20,000 bases of DNA from Folioceros fuciformis (GCA_049999805.1 JBNGIO010006317.1:189182-209181); one strand, 5' to 3'. Positions 1 through 9,769 are shown, numbered from the stretch's first letter. Notes: generated from the sequence alone by a model not told the origin. Numbers and translations are program-made.

Positions 1-16
1 TTGGACGGCCAAATAC

Positions 17-581
17 CTGAATTACAGGATCCTTGTCAGGCTCAAGGAAGTGCACTTTCCGGCCTGCACAGTCAATGTCAAAACTCAAAATGCGAAACGT
101 TGTCATCTTGGACCACTGTCCAGCTGGATGGCCTGTCAAGTCACTGTACCTGTGCGATGTGGAGGAGAAAGTAGTACACAAGACAAACCGTAATGTAATG
201 ACCAAAGCATTTCCAGTGAAGACAACAAATTGATTGGATACATCTCTTTGACTTCAATCCGGCAGTACAGAATGGATGTTTCTGTGTAGTGGTGGTATCT
301 TCGACCTGGAAGTTCAACCCAGATTTCACCGGGAACATGACAATGAATCATAAACCGTAAAGCAAAAATCACGTTGCTTACATAAGTCAAGAAACTCTTG
401 TGCCCGAGACCATCAACTTGTATGCCCTTTTCAAAAATTCCTGCAGAATCCGCAGATATTTGAAGCTACCTTCTCTGAGGCATGCGAACCCCACAAGATG
501 CACGCACCTGTGCGTATCTCAACGTCATGAGAGAATGTGAGGACGAGACAGCCCATGATAAGAGGGCTCAGATCTCTGAAA
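17..581 (-). other. Putative chain of small exons of an unidentified spliced transcript (candidate exons 581-508, 440-382, 305-150, 63-17) running off the left edge
   Basis: Regularly spaced minus-strand splice signals: ttgcag| before 581, CAG|gtgcgt at 507, ctgcag| before 440, TAT|gtaagc at 381, ttccag| before 305, CAG|gtacag at 149, gtgcag| before 63, CAG|gtattt at 16. Implied introns are 67, 76 and 86 nt. One frame stays open across the first three exons (FRDLSPLIMGCLVLTFSHDVEIRTGIFEKGIQVDGLGHKSFLTYVEDTTT...), but I do not recognise the protein. Confidence 0.3.
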
Positions 582-1589
582 CTGCAACCATGGTACGAAA
601 TGCAACAAATGTTTTCAGAAAAAGCCTGCTGTTCTGCTGCTGAAAGGAAAAGCGACTTCTGGCCTGTACAATGTCAATCCTTGGTGTATCATGCTTTAAG
701 CCAGTCTCCAGGTCGGCGTCCACCATGCGACTGCTTGCCTAACTCGAGACTCGTAAACAGACAATCAACATCCAGAGTTAACAAAAATTTTGAAGCAGAC
801 GTCCACTCTAAGGCATCTGAACATGTCCCGGAACCGACTGGAGGGACCATAGACAAGAGCTGAGACAGGCAAACACATAATATTTTCCCCCAGTGTGCAG
901 CCTTCCGTTCAGAATTTCAGTCTGCCGCAACTCAGCAATAGCGATGTCAGCCACACAGAAACAACGTTGACAGACAGGAAAAGCTCTTACAACAAAAGAA
1001 GTGCTTTGGGACCGATCAGCATGTCAAATAGAGATGCCTGTTAATCACATCACAGCTTGCACATGTTTGACAAGCGTAAAATCCGAGGGACATGAATACA
1101 ACAAACTCAGACGATGACATCATCGATTTGAATCACATCTTTTTCCAGAATGATCAAAGAACAAACATATACAAAAAAAAAACCGTGTAGCACGAAATGG
1201 TTTCCCTCAAACTCTAAGCTCTTGGACTAGTCAAAGAAGAAGCTTGTGGACTGTTTGCCGGATCTTCTGCTCTCTGGATATTGGATGTGTTTCCTGAACA
1301 ACGATTTCGCCAGAATGGACTGCTTGAACTCTCCTTGAACAATGCCCTTCAAACAGCAAATCTTCGTCATAGCCCAAAATTCAACCCATACTACACGATT
1401 GAATCATGGCCCCACATATCACACGAGTGGCTCCTAAGCTGGTGCCCATGCCATCGGCACACCCGGGGCATAAGTCTAGTGCCCGCAAGTCATGGTGACG
1501 AGTCTGCGCCGATGAACCCCGCAGATGAAACAGATGTGCACTGCTCTTGCAGTCTTGAAACAATAAGCTTGTCACCTCCTCATCTGGTG

Positions 1590-1738
1590 TCGGAGGTACT
1601 TAAGATTCCCGGACTCGCTAGACAAGGGAGGTCACGGTGCCACACAAGCTACACTTCAATGATATCGGAGGCACTTGCGATCTCAGGACTCGCAAGGGGA
1701 AAAGGAGGCTACGGTGCCACACAAAATACACTCCAATG
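1590..1738. repeat. Imperfect 2-copy tandem repeat, 75-bp period
   Basis: tcggaggtacttaagattcccggactcgctagacaagggaggtcacggtgccacacaagctacacttcaatg (from 1590) vs tcggaggcacttgcgatctcaggactcgcaaggggaaaaggaggctacggtgccacacaaaatacactccaatg (from 1665). Confidence 0.85.
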
Positions 1739-1799
1739 CTCGCACATGACAAAAAACATGCTCTCTGCTTCATCTGAATGGCATGCACGCACACGCGTC

Positions 1800-3250
1800 T
1801 AGCAAACATAGTGCTCAAGGGTAGGTTTTGATGCCATGGCGTTCAGCCCTAGCATTCAAGTCCTTGCGACCCTCTATTCAAGAGTCCGTCATGACTGCAT
1901 GCTACTAAAAGGGGAACAAAAGTAACATCAGGCTGGATACTGGCGACCAGCATCTGCTCAAAAGAAGCGTCATCACAGGCACCACACTCAGCTATCAGGG
2001 CATTCCATGTCAACAAATCCTTCACAGGCAAAATGTCGAAAACCCAGCTGAATCTTCCAATGCACCATATTATGAGTACATTTCCACCAAACAGTTTGCC
2101 TACCAGAATGTAATCCCCCTAGCCTCTTCCGACAATCTGTGGGTGCAGATGCCTGCCAATCTTCAAGGCACCAACGCTTGCACAGGCCTTAAGAACCCGA
2201 GCCCTTCCTGGGAATGAGCAGCAATCAGCGACATCCACGTCACAACATCTCTTGAGGCCAAGCATTCAAACACCTGACGTACACCTTCCAGTTCAATGCG
2301 TTTGCATGCATGTCTACTGGGCAGTTGCCCAACACACTGAATATAATCTTCCAGTTCAATACACTTGCATGCATGTGTACCAGGCAGTTGCCCAACACAC
2401 TGTTATTCCGCTGTTCCTTTTGGACAACCTGAGAATGCAGCTGCTTGCCCTTTTGCATGGCACCAGTGCTTGCACAGCCTTCAGCAGGCAAGCAACCTTG
2501 GATACGAACGAAGAGTCCCTTTTGCTCCATTGCCCGTACGGAACAAGCGCATCCTGGCCAAGCCCATGCTGAGTACACCCACGAATCAGGGCCGCCCATA
2601 TCACCACATCCTAGTTGACCAAGCTATCAAGGGCCTAGCGTGCATCTTCCAGTTCACCGCACTTGACATTTATGTCCACCAGGCAGGTTCAGATAAACAA
2701 CTTGGGAGGACTGCCAGTGTGCAACACATCCGAGCGCACCTTTCTGCCAGATTCCAAGTCGGCGGCCAACGGACAGGCTTGGAAGGCAGCTACAAAGATG
2801 TGAACATCCGCCATCATACCAGACCTCTCATGTCACGGTAAAGATGTACGGCCCTTTTCGATTCCCATGTTTAGCATGTGCAGAGACTATGGACCCCGTA
2901 CATGGGCATTTGGTTTACCCACCCTGGTGAACACATCCATGGCCCCCCTCTCGCCAACCTCCACCTGCGTACAAGCTCAAGATATGATTCCCCAGATATG
3001 CATCCGACTCGTACCCACATTTGACAGTGAGTTCATGGACTTGTTGCCCCGCAACCAGATTCTTCTTAGCTGCACATAGTTGAAGAACATGGTAGAAAAG
3101 AGAGGGAGATAGCAGAGTTTATCTGCGCCAGAGATTCCACATCTCCAACGGCCTCACAGAGCTTCCCCTGCTGACATAAAGTGCTCACGATCACAGCCGT
3201 CACGACGTCCATTTCCGGCGTAAGGAGATTGGCAAGGTCCTGTGATCAAC
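1800..3250 (-). pseudogene. PLS-class pentatricopeptide repeat (PPR) pseudogene, truncated in the S2 motif (no E/DYW domain visible)
   Basis: Manual minus-strand translation gives consecutive PPR fragments in shifting frames: MDVVTAVIVSTLCQQGKLCEAV (ATG 3212), HVLQLCAAKKNLVAGQQVHELTVKCGYESDAYLGNHILSLY, VKCGELEDAR*ALDSLVN*DVVIWAALIRGCTQHGLGQDAL, CASTGAMQKGKQLHSQV, DLLTWNALIAEC...VTFVPLLVACSHDGLL, HGIK/PTLEHYVC*. There are multiple in-frame stops (e.g. ~2637, ~2612) and frameshifts. Boundaries are approximate. Confidence 0.9.
2285..2402. repeat. Internal 63-bp-period tandem duplication within the PPR pseudogene (duplicated S-motif start)
   Basis: cttccagttcaatgcgtttgcatgcatgtctactgggcagttgcccaacacactg at 2285 and cttccagttcaatacacttgcatgcatgtgtaccaggcagttgcccaacacactg at 2348; translated as SVLGNCLVHMHA and SVLGNCPVDMHA on the minus strand. 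Confidence 0.85.
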
Positions 3251-4346
3251 AGGATGTTCCAACCTGGGTGGTTGAGTAGTTCGATTCTTTGAAGATCCAG
3301 ATGGATCTCTGTTACTCGAGCTCTCCGGAAAAGCCTGAGCCTGGCAGACGTGCTGCACAACTTGTCCCACCACATGGTATGGTCGAAACTACATTGTTGA
3401 TACAACAGCTCCTGCTCCTGACGACAATCATTGCTGAGAAATTTCCCCCAAGCCACACACTTCCTAGAAAGGAGAACTGCGGGGTTCCATACACTGATGC
3501 AACTGGAGGGTAATTGATTCTTTCGCACCGGTCAGGTGGTACATTGGGGAATCCGAGAACACCTACTAGTGTGCTGGGTGCAAAACGGATACCATTGCTA
3601 CACTGTCGCCACCTTACGGTCACAGGTCTTGGAAGTTGAGGCGCAAAGAGCCTCTACAAAACTAGGCCACTCTCAGCATCAGGATTCGACATTTCCTGTG
3701 TACGAAGGTAATTGGGTAGGCGTGTCAAATCTCGGGAACGGACAATCGCATCACAGGGGCTGACAAGATTATGTTGGGAAAGAGACCGATCACGTTCGAA
3801 ATTGTAATCAACAGTGGAATGGACACAGGCATTCACATAGTTACCCAGAAGATCAATACTGCCTCGGGCGATCCGAAAGCCATTTCATTAACCCAGGCAA
3901 AGGAATCGGACGGGACGGGACCGAAGCAGCGCTCAAGTCAGATGAAAAAACACAGTTCCCTACACCACACAGTAAAACTACATCCCGAACATATGGACAA
4001 CTACGTAGAGAATTGCAGACGCGCCAATTGCAACCCATGTCCTAGATAGGGCCATGAACCCGAAGTTCACAGATCCATTTACTGCAGCGAGAAAGTGGTG
4101 GAGGTCATGTACGGCAATCCTCCGCAGCCTCTTGCAATCCAGATCCTGGTACGAAGAACAAGGCCTTGCCCAAGGCTGTAAGCAAATAATAACCGGAATT
4201 CGGGAAACTTTACTACCAAGTGACGCTGGCACCAGCCTCGTCCACCGCATGTCGGCAACCTCAGGGCCGCGGCACGACACATGCTATCTTAACACAGAGA
4301 GAAGCTTAGAGGCCACACAAGGTGCACAATCCAACAGCATCCAGAC

Positions 4347-4784
4347 CTAGATCCGGTCGATATCCTCATCCTCGAATTCGATATAATCATCCCCACCGCC
4401 ATCTTCTTCTTCATCCATGCCACCCGCAATACCCTCGTTGAGACGCAGGTTATCAGGAAGCTCGCTATAAGCCTTGAGCAGCCGAGCTTCATCAGGCTGG
4501 TACTTGAGAATGACGTCCGCTTTGTCATCCTGATAGTCTCGAAGACCTACCAGAATTATGTCACCTGAAGCAATCCACACCTTCTTGTGCATCTTCCCTC
4601 GGATGTGACACAGCCTCTTGGTGCCATCAATACAAAGGGCCTCGCAGCGGCCATTCCCTAGCATCCTCATCACCTGCGCATACTCCTGCCCATCCTCTTT
4701 GAACACCAGTTCTCTCTTGTCATCGTCGGCCTCGTTCTTTCCCCTCTTGCGATTCTTCCCTCCCTTTCCCTTGTTCTTCGGCAT
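4347..4784 (-). CDS. eIF1A: Eukaryotic translation initiation factor 1A (145 aa, intronless CDS)
   Basis: [49 protein letters not shown]...[34 protein letters not shown]...acidic tail EDEDIDRI: typical plant eIF1A sequence with basic N-tail, OB fold and acidic C-tail. Confidence 0.98.
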   Translation of the reverse strand: MPKNKGKGGKNRKRGKNEADDDKRELVFKEDGQEYAQVMRMLGNGRCEALCIDGTKRLCHIRGKMHKKVWIASGDIILVGLRDYQDDKADVILKYQPDEARLLKAYSELPDNLRLNEGIAGGMDEEEDGGGDDYIEFEDEDIDRI

Positions 4785-5357
4785 GATGAGACTACAAGCA
4801 GACGCCGCCTCCTGTCTGCCCGCTCGCTCCTGGCAGGAAAGGATACCACACTCGCGATCTCACACCACGTACGATCACACTGCTCGTGCCCTAAAGCATC
4901 CGCACGATCGGCCCCGGATACAGGTACATAAAGATAAATCCTCCAATGCGCCTTTTAGGTCTGCTGTGTCCACGTCCTGCACCTACAAACGCACATATAG
5001 AGGTTATCCGCAGCGTGCTACGTTTAGGTCTCGCTCCCTTTCTAGGTCTATCGTGGCCTTTGTGAGCTCGGTACACGAGGGGTTTGGTGACCAAGTGTAG
5101 ATAACTCACAGTAAAATCGATTACATGAGTAGCTACGCTAAATATATCGTAAAGTAAGATCACGTTCATTTCCATGAACAACAGCTTTATTTTTGAGCTA
5201 AATAAACCGTAGAAAACGGCATTCGATTTCTTGATGTCGGAAACCCGTTACCCGTTCCCCGCGTGCACTGACGTGGAGGGAGGTCTATGATGTCTGACGC
5301 CCGAGGACAGACACAGTGGACTCGAGCATCAAATATGGAGGCAAGCTGCTCGCTCTG

Positions 5358-8300
5358 TCAGTGCACATCCCCACAGGAACAAACACCGTTCACAAAACGG
5401 TGAACACGGTGCGCGTCTCTGACTACGATCTCTCGGTTCTCAATCTTTGACATGACCTTGGTGCCACTGTGACAGTCACCGCACATACGAAGATTCTTGG
5501 TGACTAGTAAGGGTGTGCCATCGCTCGTGTTCAACAGGCCATATGCCAATGCTAGCTTCTCAGCATGCCCGCACAAGGCATCTTCCTTGCCGCCGGCTTC
5601 AGACTTCGTCACCATCTCTAGGTGTCCTCGGCTGTCCTCTAGCAGCGTATTGACACTCCTTAGTTTGGATGAAACATCGTCCCCCTCTTCTCCCACAGTG
5701 AATGTCCGCACCTGGCTGTTGACCTCAATCCAGGCCCTCGCGGGCTTTTTGCAAGCACCGGCAGACCTTCTCGAGTATTCTATCCTCTTTGCATCCCCCC
5801 ACCTACCAGCATTTGCACAAATACCTGCAAAAAGCACGTAAGGGGCGGCATCTTGGGGTTGCAGTCGCACAAGATGGTCAAAGCATCGCCTTCCACGTGC
5901 TAGGTCACCATGGCTCTTGCAGGCACTCAGCAGAGCTCTCCAACCTACAGCGTCGCTCTCAAAGGGCATGCTTTGCAACATGTTTTCTGCCGTCTCTAGG
6001 TGGCCTGATCGGCCGAGTAGGTCCACCATGACATTACGATGATATTCAGAGGGTTTGATGCCATGTTTTTCTAGCATCGTCTGGAAGTAATGCAGGCCCT
6101 CCTCCACTAGGCCCTGGTGACTGCATGCAACAAGGAGACACAGGAACGTAGTGTCATCAGGCACCACCCCATTCTGCTCCATCTCCTGGAAGCACTTCAA
6201 TGCCATCTTGCCCTCGTTACCTTGGGCGTACCCATTCAGCAGGGCATTCCATGTCACTACATCTTTGGTTGGCATTCTGTCGAACAGTTGCCGTGCATCC
6301 TCCATCCTACCACATTTGGAATACATGTCTACAAGGCTACCACCTACAGCCACATTGGCTTCTAGTCCACTGTCCTTGATCTCAGACTGAAGCTGCATTC
6401 CCTGCTGTAAAGCTCCAACACTTGCACATGCTTTCAAAAGGCACGAGTACAAAACAGGGTCAGCTGAAGTGATGCCCTCTAGCTTCATGGTGGCATAAAG
6501 CGCAAGGGCTTCCTGACCAAGGCCATGCTGGGCATACGCTGCAATCATGGCAGTCCATGCCACCAAATCTTTGGCCTGCAAACGGTCAAACACTGAACGA
6601 GCATCCACAAGGCTCCCCTGCTTGGCATACCCCGTGATCATGGAGGTTGCTGACACAGGATGATCCTCAGCCTGTAACTTGTCAAGAATTCTGCGAGCAT
6701 CCTCAAGGCTGTTGCATTTGACATACATGTCCAGAAGGCACTTTTGGATATGGACATCAGTCTCCAGTCCTGCTTCCTGAATCTGGCGGTGAAGCTCCTG
6801 ACCTTCAGGTAATGCACTCACAGCAGCACATGCTTTCAGCAGACATGCGAACGTGGCACAATCAACTGGAGACATACCGTCTTGTTGCATACTTGTATAC
6901 AGCGTAAGGGCTTCCATACCAAGTCCATGCTGAGCATACCCTGTGATCATCGTAGTCCATGACACCACATCTTTGGCCTGCAAATTGTCAAAAACCCTGC
7001 GGGCATCCTTCAGACTTCCACATTTTGCATACATCTCTACCAGGCTGTTGCCAAGGATAAGATTGGATTCCATCCCCCTTTCCTGAATCTCAAAATGAAC
7101 GTGTTTGCCCTGATGTAACGCCCCTGTGTTGCTACATGCCTTCAGCAGGCAAACATAGGTAACATGGTCAGCTGGAGTCGCTCCTTCCTTTTGCATGTCT
7201 GCATACAGAGAGAAGACGTCTCCGAAAAGCATGTGCTGTACACATCCTGTAAGCATTGCATTCCAGGTGATCACATTTCTACTTGGTAGACTGTCAAACA
7301 GTCTGCGAGCAGTTTGCAAGCTCCCACATTTGGAATACATATCTATCAAGCTGCTACCAACTACAACATCAGTCTCCAACCCCCTTTCCTCAATCTGGCG
7401 GTGGACAAGCTCACCAGTGCATAATGCCCCAGCACTAGCACATGCCTTCAAGACGCACAAGAATGTGACGCGATCAGATCGAACACGTCTATCCAACTGC
7501 ATACTTTCATACAGAAAGAGAGCTTCCTTACCAAGCTCCTGGTTGGCATACCCACTGAGCATGGTATTCCATGTCACCACATCTTTTGCGGACAATCTAT
7601 CAAACACTTTCCGAGCATCCCCTAGGTTCCCACATTTTGCGTACATGTCCACCAGACTGTTACCAATAATGGCATCGGATTCCAGTCCCCTTCCCTTAAT
7701 CTGCGCGTGAAGCTCCTTGCCCTCTTGTAAAGCTCCCGTGCTACCGCATACTTTCAGGAGGCACACGAATGTGATACGATCGGCTGGAATAATGCCCTCT
7801 TGCTGCATACTTGCATAAAGTGCCAGCGCTTGGTGACAAAGGCCGTGCTGAGCATACCCTGCAATCATAGCATTCCATGTCACCACATCCCTCCCAGGTA
7901 CACTGTCAAACACTTTGCGAGCATCTTCCACGCTCCCACACTTGGCATACATGTCAATCAAACTACTGCCAACAAATACATTCAACTCAGCTTTGCTCCG
8001 AACAATGTCAGCATGCACCTGCTCTCCAAATTCCAAATCTCCTACAGAGGCACTCGCTCTCAAAACTGCCACATGTATGTAAGTGCTGGGCTTTAAACCT
8101 AACTCTTGCATCCGTTTGTAGAGTGCTATGACCTGTGTGGCATTACCACGTTCGGCATTTGCCAGGATAATGAAATTCCATACAGACGTGTCTGCTACAG
8201 CCCATGTTTTCAAGGAATGTGTTGCTTCCTCCAATCTTCCATGCGAGATATACATGCGAATGATGTGGCTGGCCAGGAATGTGCTGGACTCATACCCAAT

Positions 8301-8525
8301 CTCAATTGTGAGACCGTGAAACTCACTGCCAGCAACTGCATCCTTCTCAGCAACACACCGCCTGAGGGCACGGTATAGGGAGTATGTTGGAACATACGAT
8401 CCCCGGTGCACCAGGAGATCCAAGGCTTCCAAAGCTTCACTGAGCTGTCCTTCCTCACAGAGCTTGTTCCAGATTCCGACCTCCAACGCTGCCACTCTGC
8501 AAGATCGACCAGTCTGTAAATACAA
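5358..8525 (-). CDS. PLS-class PPR protein with E1-E2 and a KP-type DYW deaminase-like domain (DYW:KP, 'DRH'-like terminus); candidate organellar U-to-C RNA editing factor. True start lies upstream and is unresolved.
   Basis: About 24 P/L/S motifs (e.g. VVTWNAMIAGYAQHG, TFVCLLKVC, SLIDMYAKCGS) ending P2-L2-S2 (LLVACSHQGLVEEG, MVDLLGRSG), then E1 (GWRALLSACKSHG) and E2 (APYVLFAGICANAGRW). The terminal domain reads KKPARAWIEV...LCGHAEKLALAYGLLNT...KNLRMCGDCH...RDAHRVHRFVNGVCSCGDVH*. The ORF-track start at 8525 is TTG, not ATG, so an upstream exon is probably needed. Confidence 0.95.
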   Translation of the reverse strand: MYLQTGRSCRVAALEVGIWNKLCEEGQLSEALEALDLLVHRGSYVPTYSLYRALRRCVAEKDAVAGSEFHGLTIEIGYESSTFLASHIIRMYISHGRLEEATHSLKTWAVADTSVWNFIILANAERGNATQVIALYKRMQELGLKPSTYIHVAVLRASASVGDLEFGEQVHADIVRSKAELNVFVGSSLIDMYAKCGSVEDARKVFDSVPGRDVVTWNAMIAGYAQHGLCHQALALYASMQQEGIIPADRITFVCLLKVCGSTGALQEGKELHAQIKGRGLESDAIIGNSLVDMYAKCGNLGDARKVFDRLSAKDVVTWNTMLSGYANQELGKEALFLYESMQLDRRVRSDRVTFLCVLKACASAGALCTGELVHRQIEERGLETDVVVGSSLIDMYSKCGSLQTARRLFDSLPSRNVITWNAMLTGCVQHMLFGDVFSLYADMQKEGATPADHVTYVCLLKACSNTGALHQGKHVHFEIQERGMESNLILGNSLVEMYAKCGSLKDARRVFDNLQAKDVVSWTTMITGYAQHGLGMEALTLYTSMQQDGMSPVDCATFACLLKACAAVSALPEGQELHRQIQEAGLETDVHIQKCLLDMYVKCNSLEDARRILDKLQAEDHPVSATSMITGYAKQGSLVDARSVFDRLQAKDLVAWTAMIAAYAQHGLGQEALALYATMKLEGITSADPVLYSCLLKACASVGALQQGMQLQSEIKDSGLEANVAVGGSLVDMYSKCGRMEDARQLFDRMPTKDVVTWNALLNGYAQGNEGKMALKCFQEMEQNGVVPDDTTFLCLLVACSHQGLVEEGLHYFQTMLEKHGIKPSEYHRNVMVDLLGRSGHLETAENMLQSMPFESDAVGWRALLSACKSHGDLARGRRCFDHLVRLQPQDAAPYVLFAGICANAGRWGDAKRIEYSRRSAGACKKPARAWIEVNSQVRTFTVGEEGDDVSSKLRSVNTLLEDSRGHLEMVTKSEAGGKEDALCGHAEKLALAYGLLNTSDGTPLLVTKNLRMCGDCHSGTKVMSKIENREIVVRDAHRVHRFVNGVCSCGDVH

Positions 8526-9024
8526 GAACGCAGAGAACCTCTATGAACTTACAATCAGCCGTTCAGCGACAACGAAGTCCCATACAACCCAGCACGCGAC
8601 AACTGATGCTGCGGACCTAGAATTGTCGGGGCCCTCTCTGAGCTGGAATCGAGGCAAATCCTGCGTGGTTCTGCGCAGCGAATCTGTAAACTGTTGACCA
8701 TTCTGCTCATTCCCGAAGCGCAACAACAAGTGCCCTGGTCCATCGACTGCCAATTCCATGCAGAATGTCAGTCCCCACAACCGAGAACGACATTGGTAAG
8801 CTCTGTATGAACAAGAACGTGCATGTAACACCTGGCAAGGTAGCAACCGGTGCAGCCCGGCGTCGAACCACTGCTCCACCCAACGTCGACACATATCTGC
8901 ACCATACTTCCACAGGGCTGCGAGCCCCTGCTTTCCCTTCAATCAGGCTCCTGCAACCACAGCATCTCATGTTTGTGTTCACCACCACTCCCCACAGCCA
9001 CGACCTTTCTCAACGAAGCTTCCA

Positions 9025-9211
9025 GCTATCCGACTTGTACCCCTTCCTCACGCTGAGAGCAGGAGCATGGCCATCCTGAGGCAGATCCTTCTTACCCTTC
9101 ACATTTTTTCATAACCGTGTGAAATGCAAGATGGGGAATGTGACAGTCCCTGTGCACCAAAACTCCCAAAGCCTAAACAGCCTCAGCGAGCTGCCCTTGA
9201 TCCCCATAAAG
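9025..9211 (-). pseudogene. Relic 5' fragment of a PLS-PPR paralog (N-terminal degenerate P + first L motif)
   Basis: Minus strand reads LYGDQGQLAEAV*ALGVLVHRDCHIPHLAFHTVMKKCE/GKKDLPQDGHAPALSVRKGYKSDS. This aligns with LCEQGQIAEAVEALGILVETGCRISQPLFYTVAKGCVGKKDLILGRRVHAVIVKGGCEGDT of the + gene (~10001-10185). Shared nucleotide blocks: tcgctgaggctgt, aggctttggg, acacggtt, gggtaagaaggat. One stop and one frameshift. Confidence 0.8.
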
Positions 9212-9769
9212 ATTCCACATGGAACATCTTCGACATGCCAGCAGAACATACACCACCCAGCAACCTTCTCCCTGATTCATCTCAAATACAGTATTGGATC
9301 CAGCTCTTGCTGGTCACCTTCATCAGGCTCGTTGCTAGCCTATTACGCAGACCCTAAGGCTGATTTAGTATGGAATATGACGCATGTCGTCTTCTAGTCC
9401 AGTTGCCTGTATCGGACGCAGCTGAGATCTTCCGGTCGCTAGAGCTCCGATGGGCTACTGGGTTGTGAATGCTGGTATCCGAAGTCTTCGAAGCAGCGTT
9501 GGAGCGCAGTATGCGAGCAGATTTGGGTCCACCAAGCCTGCTCGCATTGTCCGCTTTAACGGAGCTCGCATACTTCCTGCATACAAGACGTTGCGTGTTC
9601 AGGAGAATGTAGAGTGGCAGGCACGGTTCGGATTGGAAGAGGTGGGGCGACAGGAGCTCTTGCGAGTCTTCCCACAAGCGTTGGAGCTGCCTTAGCGGCT
9701 CGGCCCCCGAAATCCCCACGTGTATGGACACCGCAGTCAGTTGTGTCGTCACGTTGGGCCTCTGCTACC

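Noticed and set aside
8541-8543. Idea that the U-to-C factor repairs the in-frame UAG in its own mRNA (UAG->CAG autoregulation)
   Set aside because: The sequence upstream of this U matches the protein's predicted PPR code poorly (several mismatches at ND/TD positions). PPR editing is organellar, and splicing explains the stop more simply.
9614-9769. ORF-track N-terminal extension of the + strand PPR gene from GTG 9614
   Set aside because: Eukaryotic gene; the first ATG at 9770 has strong context and gives a plausible transit peptide.
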